From a virus: a stretch of 64,000 bases of DNA. The translations under genes and the position numbers were made by a program. Below, one piece after another: positions 29,071 to 38,901 of this stretch. Below the pieces are notes generated by a model that saw nothing but the letters and a program-made list of their open reading frames with translations, was not told the origin of the DNA and did not search any database. The stretch's first letter is position 1. Each line of letters opens with the position of its first letter. Location: IMG/VR virus record IMGVR_UViG_3300017763_000006, positions 1 to 64,000 of that record; one strand, given 5' to 3'.

Positions 29071-30043
29071 CGATATAAAGACAGTTTTTAAAAAGTTAGA
29101 CATTGAATATGAAGTATTCAACGATAACATTTATTCTACCTGTCCAGTACATGAGGGTAGCGATAACCCAAGGGCTTTGTCTTACTCGATGTCTAAGGGT
29201 ATCTGGCGATGCTGGACTAGAAATTGTGAGCAACATCATAACAACGACGTATTTGGATTAATACAAGGAGTTCTGTCTAATAAAGAGGGAAAAGACTTAG
29301 AATTCAAAGATGCTCTAAGATGGGTATACCAAGAGTTTGGATTGGGAACTAGCATACAAGAAATAGAAGAGCAAGTAGATGATTTTTCACAAATGGTTAA
29401 TATGCTATCATGCAAAAAAAAGATTTACCAAGACAAGTCTATAGATATACCATGTAAAATAAGTAAAGCATCTGATTATTTTTATCATAGAGGTTTTAAA
29501 AAAACTACATTAAAACATTTTGATGTAGGAGATTGTCACGAAAAAGGTATAATGAATGAAAGAGCAGTAGTACCCATACATAATGACGATGGAAGTTTAG
29601 TAGTGGGCATGATTGGAAGATCTATTAAAGAATATAGAATTCCAAAGTTCTTAATATATCCAACCGGATTCGATAAAAGATGGTATCTATATAACTATCA
29701 CAGGGCAGCAGAGAAAGCAAAAGAGACTAAATGTTTATTTATATTAGAAGGACAAGGTGACGTTTGGAGAATGAAAGAAGCTGGAGTAGATAATGCAGTT
29801 AGCGTATTTGGAAAAAGTATTACTACTGAGCAAGAACAGAAAATATCTAAACTCTGCGCCACTCATCTAATAATACTTACGGATAATGATCAAGCTGGAA
29901 GAGAAGCTAAACTACAAATACATAGACAGCTAGGCAGGATGTATAGATTAACATTTCCAAAAATAGCCAATAAAGACGTAGGCGATATGAAGGTCACGCA
30001 AATCAAAACAGAAATTTTAAACAGTCTTAAAGGAACATACTGA
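29036..30043 (+). CDS. dnaG: DNA primase
   Basis: Zinc domain CPVH..WRCW..C; TOPRIM LEGQGD and DNDQAG. Confidence 0.9.
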   Translation: MNLKKIKKTLNDDIKTVFKKLDIEYEVFNDNIYSTCPVHEGSDNPRALSYSMSKGIWRCWTRNCEQHHNNDVFGLIQGVLSNKEGKDLEFKDALRWVYQEFGLGTSIQEIEEQVDDFSQMVNMLSCKKKIYQDKSIDIPCKISKASDYFYHRGFKKTTLKHFDVGDCHEKGIMNERAVVPIHNDDGSLVVGMIGRSIKEYRIPKFLIYPTGFDKRWYLYNYHRAAEKAKETKCLFILEGQGDVWRMKEAGVDNAVSVFGKSITTEQEQKISKLCATHLIILTDNDQAGREAKLQIHRQLGRMYRLTFPKIANKDVGDMKVTQIKTEILNSLKGTY

Positions 30044-30753
30044 TGAATACAAAAATAATAGGTATATCAGGAAGAAAGCAATCAGGTAAAAACACTCTTG
30101 CCAATTATATGAATGGAGACATTTTAAAAAGAAGAGAAATGGTGCAAGATTTCGCCATCAACCAAAAGGGAGAGCTTGAAATACTTACCTGCACTGAGGA
30201 CGGAAAGTCTAACTGGGGAATTTTTGATGTTACACGGAAAGACGACAGTTTTGTCTCGTATGCAGAACGAGAACTATGGCCTTTTGTAAAGCTTTACCAC
30301 TTTGCAGATTATCTTAAAAAGATGTCTATAGACTTGTTTGATCTTAGTCCAGAACAGGTATACGGCACTGACGACGATAAGAACACTCCCACTCCTTACG
30401 GAATGACTTCTAGAGAGTTTCTACAACATTTAGGAACAGATGTTATGCGTTCAATTAAAGACACCGTGTGGGTAGACTATACTATCAAGATAATCAAACA
30501 GGAAAAACCTCTTGTGTCTATTATACCAGACGTTAGATTTCCGAACGAAGTAGAAGCCATAAAAAAAGCCGGAGGCATTGTTGTGCGACTAGACAGAAAC
30601 GTCTACGACTCACCACATAAATGTGAGTCATCTCTGGACCAAGAAAATTTTGATTGGAATAACTTTGACGTTATATTGAGAAATAACAATATTAAAATAG
30701 AAGAATTTATTGCAGGGCTAGAAGAAATACAACCTTTATGGAGAAACTTATGA
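30043..30753 (+). CDS. Deoxynucleoside monophosphate kinase
   Basis: GISGRKQSGKNT, FAD.LK, REFLQHLGT, DVRFPNE. Confidence 0.88.
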   Translation: MNTKIIGISGRKQSGKNTLANYMNGDILKRREMVQDFAINQKGELEILTCTEDGKSNWGIFDVTRKDDSFVSYAERELWPFVKLYHFADYLKKMSIDLFDLSPEQVYGTDDDKNTPTPYGMTSREFLQHLGTDVMRSIKDTVWVDYTIKIIKQEKPLVSIIPDVRFPNEVEAIKKAGGIVVRLDRNVYDSPHKCESSLDQENFDWNNFDVILRNNNIKIEEFIAGLEEIQPLWRNL

Positions 30754-31787
30754 TAATAACTTATATTAGATCTTCAAGTTATAATAATTATGGATACTGC
30801 CAGATGCAATATTTCATTACATATGTCCTCGGACATCAATCAGATAGCGGCAAAAAAGCTGATATGGGGACTATGGTTCACAAAGTGATGGAGGTTTTGG
30901 CTGGACTCAAAAAATATGAACAGGATAAGCCTAAAGTCAAATTCCTAAAGGTTGACGACGACGCTATTGGTAAATTTAAGTGCAAGAAAGAAGAACTATA
31001 TACTGACGAGCTAGTCAATAAATTAATTGATCTTAGCATAGATGCTTATGAAAAAAACTCTCCCCATAGCTTTAACAATAAAGACAGAGGCGAAATAGCC
31101 ACAACAGCATGGTGCTTCTTAAAGCATAGCGACAGGCAGTTCGATCCGAGACTAAGAAATATACACTACCCAGAACCACATTTTGATATACCAATTGAAG
31201 AAGATTGGGCTAAGTTTGAATACGAAATAGATGGCAAGATAGTGCAAGGACAGTTAGCAATCAAGGGAACAATTGACCTTGTAACTAAAATAGACGACGA
31301 GACAATAGAGGTAGTAGATTGGAAAACTGGTAGGAGAATGGATTGGACTACTGGAGAAGTTAAGGACTACAAGAAGTTGGAAAACGACCCGCAACTTCTG
31401 CTTTATTATTATGCTATATCCAAACTATACCCAGAGTTTCCTAACAGAATTATGAGTATATTTTTCTATAAAGATAAAGATGGCAATCCTGATCCATCGC
31501 CCTTCAGTTTGTGTTTTTCCCCAGAAGATGAGGATAGGTTTCTTGATATGCTAAAAGACAGATTTCAAGAAATACAGCGAAATGTATCCCCAAAACCCAT
31601 TTCTAAGGACAGAAGCCACTGGAAATGCACTAGATTGTGCCATTTCTGTAAAAACGATTGGCCCGATAGTGGAGAAAATATGTGTATATTTATAGAGAAT
31701 CACTTAAAAGAACACGGAATGAAAAAAACTATTGCAGATTGTAGTAGGGATGGATTTGACATAGGATATTATGAAGCACCGGGATAA
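30738..31787 (+). CDS. PD-(D/E)XK exonuclease, RecB/Cas4-like
   Basis: GTMVHKVME, KGTIDLV, VVDWKTG, QL..Y, C..LC..C. Confidence 0.85.
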   Translation: MEKLMIITYIRSSSYNNYGYCQMQYFITYVLGHQSDSGKKADMGTMVHKVMEVLAGLKKYEQDKPKVKFLKVDDDAIGKFKCKKEELYTDELVNKLIDLSIDAYEKNSPHSFNNKDRGEIATTAWCFLKHSDRQFDPRLRNIHYPEPHFDIPIEEDWAKFEYEIDGKIVQGQLAIKGTIDLVTKIDDETIEVVDWKTGRRMDWTTGEVKDYKKLENDPQLLLYYYAISKLYPEFPNRIMSIFFYKDKDGNPDPSPFSLCFSPEDEDRFLDMLKDRFQEIQRNVSPKPISKDRSHWKCTRLCHFCKNDWPDSGENMCIFIENHLKEHGMKKTIADCSRDGFDIGYYEAPG

Positions 31788-31789
31788 AA

Positions 31790-32644
31790 ATGTCTAAATT
31801 ATTAACCATAGGAATGGCAACTTACGACGATTATAATGGAGTTTATTTCTCCTTACAATCGCTTAGAATGCATCACGATATTTGTAAATCTGAAGATGTG
31901 GAAATTATTTTAATAGATAATAATCCTGATTCTCCACACGGAAGAGCAAACGAAAATCTGATGAAATGGATAAAGAATGGTAAGTATGTACCATATACTT
32001 TAAAGCGTAGTACGTCAGTTAGAAATGAAATCTTTAGAAGAGCAGAAGGAAAATATTGTATATCAATGGACTGTCATGTATTATTCTACAATAATGCTAT
32101 CGATAGATTACTAGATTATTACAAGGCAAATCCAGATTGTAAAAACATAGTACAAGGACCATTAATTTATGATCACTTATTAGAATCCGCTGCGTCAACA
32201 CATTTTAAGCCCGAATGGGGTTCTGGAATGTATGGCAAGTGGGAGACTGATCACCAAGCACTAAAAACTGGAGAACCCTTTGAAATACCAATGCAAGGTC
32301 TAGGGGTTTTTTCCTGCGAGACAAAACACTGGGTAGGATTTAATAAAAAGTTCAGAGGATTTGGAGGAGAAGAAGGATACATACATGAAAAGTTTAGACA
32401 GTTTGGAGGCAAAGCAATATGCCTGCCAGACTTCAAATGGGTTCATAGATTCGATAGACCTGATGGAGTAAAATATCCGCTCGTATTAGAAGATAGAGTT
32501 TGGAATTATTTTGTAGGTTGGCTTGAGCTTACACAAGATCCAGAACATGAAATGATATCTCAAATTTATGAACATTTTAAAACAAGAATACCAGTAAAGA
32601 GTTTAGATACGTTATTACAAAGGGCAATCAAAGAAACTTTATAG
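31790..32644 (+). CDS. Glycosyltransferase, GT-A (GT2-like)
   Basis: LTIGM, IILIDN, RN...A.GKY..SMDCH, FRGFGGEE. Confidence 0.8.
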   Translation: MSKLLTIGMATYDDYNGVYFSLQSLRMHHDICKSEDVEIILIDNNPDSPHGRANENLMKWIKNGKYVPYTLKRSTSVRNEIFRRAEGKYCISMDCHVLFYNNAIDRLLDYYKANPDCKNIVQGPLIYDHLLESAASTHFKPEWGSGMYGKWETDHQALKTGEPFEIPMQGLGVFSCETKHWVGFNKKFRGFGGEEGYIHEKFRQFGGKAICLPDFKWVHRFDRPDGVKYPLVLEDRVWNYFVGWLELTQDPEHEMISQIYEHFKTRIPVKSLDTLLQRAIKETL

Positions 32645-32654
32645 GGAGCATAAA

Positions 32655-33230
32655 ATGCCAACACCATTATCACAAGTAGATGAAGAGTTTATTCGCACTA
32701 TGTACGGATGGGAAGAAGAACTCACAGAAGAAAACTTCTATGTGCCAGCAGAAGCAGAGTACGAAGATTTTGATGAAGAAACAGAAGAACATGACGCTGC
32801 ATCATTGTGGGAAAATATTCGCAAGAAGAAGGAACGAGAAGGTAAAAACTACAAGCCAGCTAAGAAAGGCGACAAGGACAGGCCAGATCCAGAAGCTTGG
32901 AAAAAGGCACAGTCTAAGAAACCGTGCGCTTGTGGTACTGGAAAGGAAGAAAAAGAAGCAGAAGGGTGTGGATGTAAGGGTAAAGCAGCCGAGTATCAGG
33001 GGAAAAAAGTAAAATTGGGCAAGCCCTTTTTGACTCCTGATGGGCCTAAGAAAAGAAGCGTTTATGTTAAGAATGGATCTGGCAATGTAGTCAAAGTTAA
33101 TTTTGGCGACCCCAACATGAAGATTAAGAAGAATGATCCTAATAGACGTAAAAGTTTTAGAGCTAGGCACAATTGCGACAATCCCGGTCCAAGGTGGAAA
33201 GCTAGATACTGGTCTTGCAAGGCTTGGTAA
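32655..33230 (+). CDS. Phage protein with acidic N-terminus and basic C-terminal domain
   Basis: AEYQGKKVKL.KP..KK.SVYV..VNFGDPNM..RKSFRARHNC..ARYWSC.AW, a pattern recalled from large-phage proteins. Confidence 0.65.
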   Translation: MPTPLSQVDEEFIRTMYGWEEELTEENFYVPAEAEYEDFDEETEEHDAASLWENIRKKKEREGKNYKPAKKGDKDRPDPEAWKKAQSKKPCACGTGKEEKEAEGCGCKGKAAEYQGKKVKLGKPFLTPDGPKKRSVYVKNGSGNVVKVNFGDPNMKIKKNDPNRRKSFRARHNCDNPGPRWKARYWSCKAW

Positions 33231-33231
33231 A

Positions 33232-33492
33232 ATGAATTTTCACAAAAGATGGAATGAACACCTAAAAGAAAATAATATGACCTATTGGCAACACCTCAAG
33301 TTTGCCGTAGGTCATGGGTTGTGTTGTGTTAAAGCTGGTATATATTTATGCATACATGGCTTGATGCCTTGTTTTAGGCGTAGAGCCGGAAGTAGGTTGG
33401 TACGACGACTCAACAAAGACTTCACCGATCACAAGTACGATATCATAACAGAAAAAGCCAAGAAGAGGTCAGATAATGAGCCTAATAAATAA
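33232..33492 (+). CDS. DUF6356-like small protein
   Basis: HLKENNMTYWQHLKFA...IHG.MP pattern; internal ATG just after the upstream stop. Confidence 0.55.
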   Translation: MNFHKRWNEHLKENNMTYWQHLKFAVGHGLCCVKAGIYLCIHGLMPCFRRRAGSRLVRRLNKDFTDHKYDIITEKAKKRSDNEPNK

Positions 33493-34174
33493 AGTAGCTT
33501 CTATTATAAGTACGTCAAGCAACATTGATGACGTAGTATATTTAAAAAACAAAATTCAATATGACGATGATCTAAGAACCTTAGACATTGATCTAAAGAG
33601 TATTATACCAGCCCCACCCAAAAACAGTAGCAGCACAACAACTAGAGAATTAGTACAAACCTCAAAAGCAACTTTGTCTCGTACAAATGCTGAACATGAT
33701 CTAGTTTCTATAGTTGACCACGAACCTTTGTTTCTATTTTACGAATTTTGTAAAAAGAAAAATATAGTTTTTCCCACGATGAAATTTTTTGAAGCTTTTA
33801 ATATTATTGAACAATACTCTTTTGCTCTAAAGTATTTATACAACAGACCCAGACCAGAGCAACTAGCCCCTTATCACAATTTAGATATCAACGTAGTGTT
33901 TACAGAGACACACCATACACCCTCGTACCCTAGCGGTCACACTATTTACTCAGAACTTGCTGCACATATAGTTTCTGAAGAGTACCCAGAATACAAAAAA
34001 GATTTTTTTACTATATCAAACTATTGCGGACTAGCTAGAATACTACAGGGCGTACACTATGCTTCAGACAATGAAGCTAGCAAAATTGCACTAAGTAAGT
34101 TGTATCCATTATTAAAGGAGCTTGAAAATGAGAAATCAAAAAGAACCATCACGAATCCCACTGTCGGATCGTGA
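33476..34174 (+). CDS. PAP2-family phosphatase
   Basis: K...NRPRP, PSYPSGH, R...GVHY.SD. Confidence 0.88.
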   Translation: MSLINKVASIISTSSNIDDVVYLKNKIQYDDDLRTLDIDLKSIIPAPPKNSSSTTTRELVQTSKATLSRTNAEHDLVSIVDHEPLFLFYEFCKKKNIVFPTMKFFEAFNIIEQYSFALKYLYNRPRPEQLAPYHNLDINVVFTETHHTPSYPSGHTIYSELAAHIVSEEYPEYKKDFFTISNYCGLARILQGVHYASDNEASKIALSKLYPLLKELENEKSKRTITNPTVGS

Positions 34175-34253
34175 ACCTACTAATGAACCAGTAAGACGGC
34201 CTCTTACACCTTTGACCGGAGACGAAAGGGAACAAGAACAGGATGAAAATTAA
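34128..34253 (+). CDS. Small Pro/Glu-rich protein (41 aa), not in the ORF track
   Basis: AAGGAG RBS; MRNQKEPSRIPLSDREPTNEPVRRPL... Confidence 0.45.
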   Translation: MRNQKEPSRIPLSDREPTNEPVRRPLTPLTGDEREQEQDEN

Positions 34254-35040
34254 AGTATTTGCTTTTCAGAAAGATGAAGACGATATACTTAGGGATTGGA
34301 TAGAATATCATAGCTATCTTTTTGGAAAAGAAAACATATATATAATTGACCATGATTCTAAAGACAGTAAGTCTATAATCACAAACAGTGGAGCTAACCT
34401 ACTTCACTTTTCTGGCCCCTTTGTTCACAATAAAGGTATTCAGTTAACTAAGGTCATGAATGATAATAAAAATTCATGTGACTTTGTAATACCTTTAGAT
34501 GTAGATGAATTTCTTATGACACAAGATGGAGGCGTAGAAAAAGAAGATGTGTTAGAATGTTTTAAAGACCTAAAGGGTTGTGGTGCTTACAAAATAGTTT
34601 CATATTCAATACCGGGGCATGATAAAGATCCACTCACTGAATTTACATCTGTAAGGGACAATCCTGATCATGGAAGACTTCGCAGATGGAAAACATTCTG
34701 GAGATCAAAAAACTTTGTAAGGACAGATCAAGGAAATCATGGCTGGGAAGAAGGCCCATACGAAAAAACAAAATTAGGAATGTTACACTTTCACGACAGA
34801 GGTTTTGAGCATTACAAAAGAAAATTTTTAAGGTGGCCTAAAGCTTATGGAGTAGTGGGCGATCAATTAAAGGGTGGCGCTCATTGGTACGAACAGTGGG
34901 AAGTAATTAAAGATATGAACAACAAAGAAATGTTTGAGCATTGGAAAAAAACTATTATTGCTCCAAAAAACAATGTAAGTAAATATGAATCATTCATGTT
35001 TAAAATAAAAGAATTAAGAAAACTAAGAGGGAAACAATGA
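34243..35040 (+). CDS. Glycosyltransferase family 2-like
   Basis: KDE.DIL.DWIEYH, IIDHDS.D, LDVDEF, QGNH. Confidence 0.8.
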   Translation: MKIKVFAFQKDEDDILRDWIEYHSYLFGKENIYIIDHDSKDSKSIITNSGANLLHFSGPFVHNKGIQLTKVMNDNKNSCDFVIPLDVDEFLMTQDGGVEKEDVLECFKDLKGCGAYKIVSYSIPGHDKDPLTEFTSVRDNPDHGRLRRWKTFWRSKNFVRTDQGNHGWEEGPYEKTKLGMLHFHDRGFEHYKRKFLRWPKAYGVVGDQLKGGAHWYEQWEVIKDMNNKEMFEHWKKTIIAPKNNVSKYESFMFKIKELRKLRGKQ

Positions 35041-35582
35041 AGAATTACAAAGAAATCAGTGGATGGTTTAATTATGTTGATACGTTTGATTATTTAGTAA
35101 GCAACACTCCAGATGGAGGAACTTTTGTTGAATGTGGTGCATGGCTAGGTAAAAGCTCAAGTTATTTATGCAGTATTGCAGAAGCTAAAAACTTGAAAAT
35201 ATACATAGTTGATTCTTGGAAAGGATCTCCAACAAGATTAGCAACTACGCATAAGTTAGCTACAGAAACCGATATATTTGAAATTTTTAAATCAAATTTA
35301 GAAGGCGCAAATTATACAGCGATAAGAGACTTGTCGGTTAATGCATGTAAAAAATTTGAAGACAATTCATGCGACGTTGTATTTATAGACATGGATCACG
35401 AATACGAATCAGTAAATAAAGATATAGATCTTTGGTTTCCGAAGGTAAAAAAGAATGGCATAATTGCTGGTCATGACTATTCAGGTGGGTGGCCCGGAGT
35501 GATTAGAGCTGTTGATGAGCATTTTGGAAAATCTAATATCACTAAAATGGGGCAATGTTGGATATATAAAAAGGAAGCATAA
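35037..35582 (+). CDS. SAM methyltransferase (Methyltransf_24-like)
   Basis: VECGAWLGKSS, VDSW, FIDMDHEYESV, GIIAGHDY. Confidence 0.85.
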   Translation: MKNYKEISGWFNYVDTFDYLVSNTPDGGTFVECGAWLGKSSSYLCSIAEAKNLKIYIVDSWKGSPTRLATTHKLATETDIFEIFKSNLEGANYTAIRDLSVNACKKFEDNSCDVVFIDMDHEYESVNKDIDLWFPKVKKNGIIAGHDYSGGWPGVIRAVDEHFGKSNITKMGQCWIYKKEA

Positions 35583-35585
35583 TAT

Positions 35586-36101
35586 ATGCATAAATCAGCA
35601 TACAAACATGCAGAAAATTTCTACAATAAATACTGCAAAGAAAATATAAAGAATAAAATAGTAATAGATATCGGATCTTTAGATGTGAATGGTACAGTAA
35701 ACCCAATATTTAAAGATGCTAAACAATATGTTGGCATAGATCAGTGCGCTGGTAAGAATGTAGATATAGAAGCTAGTTCTCACAGTATACCATTAGAAGA
35801 TCAACATTGTGATATTACTATGTCTTCATCTTGCTTTGAACATGATGATATGTTTTGGGTCTCTTTCTTGGAGATGTGTAGAATTACTAAACGTGGAGGA
35901 TACATATATGTACAAGCTCCGTCAGATGGAAAATACCACGCGCACCCAGTTGACAACTGGAGGTTCTATAAAGACTCTTGGGACGCGCTAAGAAAATGGG
36001 CAAAGTTAAATGATTATAACCTTGAATTAATTGAAGGATTTGTAGACGAAAAAACAGATGGACATTGGCACGACAGCATTGGAATTTATAGAAGAGTGTA
36101 A
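35586..36101 (+). CDS. SAM methyltransferase
   Basis: DIGSLDVNG, YVGID, SSSCFEHD, HPVDNWRF. Confidence 0.8.
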   Translation: MHKSAYKHAENFYNKYCKENIKNKIVIDIGSLDVNGTVNPIFKDAKQYVGIDQCAGKNVDIEASSHSIPLEDQHCDITMSSSCFEHDDMFWVSFLEMCRITKRGGYIYVQAPSDGKYHAHPVDNWRFYKDSWDALRKWAKLNDYNLELIEGFVDEKTDGHWHDSIGIYRRV

Positions 36102-36115
36102 AAAACTCGTCATCT

Positions 36116-36124
36116 TGCTATAAT
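36116..36124 (+). promoter_or_regulatory. Extended -10 element upstream of dnaE-N
   Basis: Intergenic TGCTATAAT. Confidence 0.5.
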
Positions 36125-36160
36125 TTAATAGGACAGGTTACACGTTGCAAAAGGATAAGT

Positions 36161-37720
36161 ATGAATTGGTTCCCGTTGCATAATTTCACACATTACAGCT
36201 TATTAAAAGGTTTCTCAAAGCCTACAGAGCTTGCCAAGATATGCGCTGATAATGATTACCCAGCCTGTGGTATCGCAGACTATAAGACTATATCTGGATG
36301 CGTTTCGTTTTATCAGGCTTGTAAGAAAGTTGGCATAAAGCCTATACTTGGATGTGCCTTCGACACCAATACTGTATTTGCAAAAAATAAAAAAGGTTGG
36401 TTTGACTTAATAGAACTAGTTTCTTCTATAGATGTATCTGGAGATTTAGACGATAAATTTTATAAAGAAGTTATGTCTAGAGATAATCTTATATCTGTAG
36501 AAAAAAATATATCTGCTAGCTATTATGTAAAATCAGAACAGGCCAGACTGCACAGAGTATTGCTATGTTCTGAACTAAAAACAAATCTACCAAAAATACA
36601 AAAACAAATACGAAAGGGAGAACTAGACAATAAATATTTAGAATATTTTACAAAAGAAGACAAGTTCGTACAGCCCCAACAAGTTACCAAACAGCTAGAA
36701 GAAATATATAACACCTGTGAAGAATATGATATTCTCAGTGGGCCAATGCTTCCTAAGTTTGTATGTCCAAACAATTTATCAGAAGAAGACTATCTAACCA
36801 ACATGGCTCGTGAAGGATATAAAAAGTTAGTAAAAAGCAAGGTGGGTAAAGATAAAGACAAACAGCAAGTCTATGGAGACAGATTTAGAAAAGAGTTAAA
36901 AGTAATTAAAGATGCAGACCTGTTTGGTTACTTTTTGATTGTACAAGATATTATTAGACACATAGAAAAAGATATGAGATGTTTAGCTGGGCCGGGAAGA
37001 GGGTCTGCTGCTGGTTGTTTAATATCATATCTGGTTGGCATTACTAAAATTGACCCTGTAGAACATGATCTATTATTTGAAAGATTCTACAATGCTGGTC
37101 GTAATACTGGAGGTCACGTTTCTCTGCCGGATATTGACATGGACGTTCCGGGCAAGAGAAGAGATGATGTTATAGATTATTTAAAAACTAAATATGGCAA
37201 AGACCATGTAAGCCAGATGATTACGTTTGGTAGATTGCAAGGACGAAGCGCTATTAAAGAAGTGCTTAGGATAAATGATGCTTGTTCTTTTGCAGAAATG
37301 AACGCTATAACAAAAAGCATACCAAACGAAGCTGACATATCAGATCAACTTGCAGAAATGGAAGACGAAGATAGATCAATTATAAGATGGTCCTTGCTAA
37401 ACCGTGCGGATGAGCTGCGAGACTTCTGCCATATTACAGAGGATGGAAAACTTGAGGGTGATTACGCTGAGTATTTTCAACAAGCGATTAATATAGAAGG
37501 AACATTTAAGACACAAGGCAAACACGCCGCTGGAGTAGTGATATCAAAAGATCCTCTCCACACTGTTTGCCCGATGGTTAAACAGAAAGGATCTGACGAA
37601 AAAATAGCGGGATTAGAAATGGCAGACCTAGAAGCTTTAGGTCATGTAAAGTTCGATGTTTTAGGAATTAACCTCTTAGACAAACTCATGAAAATTAAGG
37701 AACTAACTAATGGCAAATAG
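36161..37720 (+). CDS. dnaE: DNA polymerase III alpha, N-terminal part (reduced PHP + palm/thumb)
   Basis: HYSLL, GPGRGSAAG, LLFERF, PDIDMD, HAAGVVI, KFDVLG. Confidence 0.92.
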   Translation: MNWFPLHNFTHYSLLKGFSKPTELAKICADNDYPACGIADYKTISGCVSFYQACKKVGIKPILGCAFDTNTVFAKNKKGWFDLIELVSSIDVSGDLDDKFYKEVMSRDNLISVEKNISASYYVKSEQARLHRVLLCSELKTNLPKIQKQIRKGELDNKYLEYFTKEDKFVQPQQVTKQLEEIYNTCEEYDILSGPMLPKFVCPNNLSEEDYLTNMAREGYKKLVKSKVGKDKDKQQVYGDRFRKELKVIKDADLFGYFLIVQDIIRHIEKDMRCLAGPGRGSAAGCLISYLVGITKIDPVEHDLLFERFYNAGRNTGGHVSLPDIDMDVPGKRRDDVIDYLKTKYGKDHVSQMITFGRLQGRSAIKEVLRINDACSFAEMNAITKSIPNEADISDQLAEMEDEDRSIIRWSLLNRADELRDFCHITEDGKLEGDYAEYFQQAINIEGTFKTQGKHAAGVVISKDPLHTVCPMVKQKGSDEKIAGLEMADLEALGHVKFDVLGINLLDKLMKIKELTNGK

Positions 37721-38390
37721 AGATTACATCGTATTCGACTTTGAAACAGGAAGTCGTAACCCTCATAGAACACAACCAACACAAATAGCCGCAATAGCCC
37801 TAGACGGTCGAAATTTAGCCGTTAAGGGGTCATTTAATAGTGAGATAAAGCCCATACTAGATGACGAAAAAGCTTTAGAAGCTGGACTAGACCCCATAGA
37901 AGACGGAGCATTAAAAGTCACTGGTAAGAATCGTAAAGATCTAGCAAAAGCTCCAGCCTTAAAATCAGTATGGAATAAGTTTACTAAATTTGTAGACCAA
38001 TATAATTGGAAGGGCGAACCATTTTTTGCTCCTATTCCAGTGGGATATAATATCATTGGGTTTGACATGCCGATAATCAATAGACTATGTGAACAATTTG
38101 GTCAGTGGGACAAGAGCAGGAGTCAGCAAAAACTGTTTAGTAAAGTATATAAAGTAGACCTTATGGATAATATTTTCATGTGGACAGAGGGTGATCCAAG
38201 TGTAAGGTCGATTAGTATGGACTCTCTACGAGAAAGAATGGGCCTATCTTCAGAAAATGCACACGATGCCTTGCAAGATGTGAAGGATACGGCTAATATC
38301 TTTATAAAGATGTTGAAGACTCATCGGGCAGTCTACCAAGAAATTGAATTTGAAAAGGCATTTGCAAATGGACGAACATACGTATCATGA
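37710..38390 (+). CDS. DEDDh 3'-5' exonuclease (DnaQ-like)
   Basis: VFDFETG, GYNI.GFD, HDALQD. Confidence 0.88.
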   Translation: MANRDYIVFDFETGSRNPHRTQPTQIAAIALDGRNLAVKGSFNSEIKPILDDEKALEAGLDPIEDGALKVTGKNRKDLAKAPALKSVWNKFTKFVDQYNWKGEPFFAPIPVGYNIIGFDMPIINRLCEQFGQWDKSRSQQKLFSKVYKVDLMDNIFMWTEGDPSVRSISMDSLRERMGLSSENAHDALQDVKDTANIFIKMLKTHRAVYQEIEFEKAFANGRTYVS

Positions 38391-38901
38391 TTTGCCATAC
38401 GGTTTGAAAAAAACATATAAAATTACTCCTAATGCAGAAGCAGCAGAGTTTTTACAAGCAGAAGTTCAAGAATTTTTTGGATATAAATCTAAATCCAAGA
38501 GAGAGAAATATGCTGATATATGGATTAACGAAAACTATGGCATCAATGTTAAAACAGACAATCTAAATTCTCAACAGAACAAAGGTCGTCTTTGTACAGC
38601 AGAAGTTAATCAGTGGCTAAAAAATGAAAATAACAAATTATCATTTATATTCATTGAGTATACTAACGACAATGGTGATCTAGAAATACAAAGCGTACAA
38701 ACAAGAAACATAGAAGAGGTAGAATATGAAATAAGTAACCAAGGCAAAGGTCTACTACAACCAAAAAGGTACAGAAACAAAGTAGTGTTTAGATCAACCA
38801 TATCTAGATCGGAATGGATGGAAGAATTTAAGATTAAGTATGCGGATTTTATTGACAAGCAAATAAAACGATTTGAAGAAAAGAAAAAACATTGGTGTTA
38901 G
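38344..38901 (+). CDS. Putative restriction-endonuclease-fold protein (start probably 38368)
   Basis: YADIW.....GINVKT resembles a D-xn-(N)xK nuclease motif. Confidence 0.45.
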   Translation: MNLKRHLQMDEHTYHDLPYGLKKTYKITPNAEAAEFLQAEVQEFFGYKSKSKREKYADIWINENYGINVKTDNLNSQQNKGRLCTAEVNQWLKNENNKLSFIFIEYTNDNGDLEIQSVQTRNIEEVEYEISNQGKGLLQPKRYRNKVVFRSTISRSEWMEEFKIKYADFIDKQIKRFEEKKKHWC

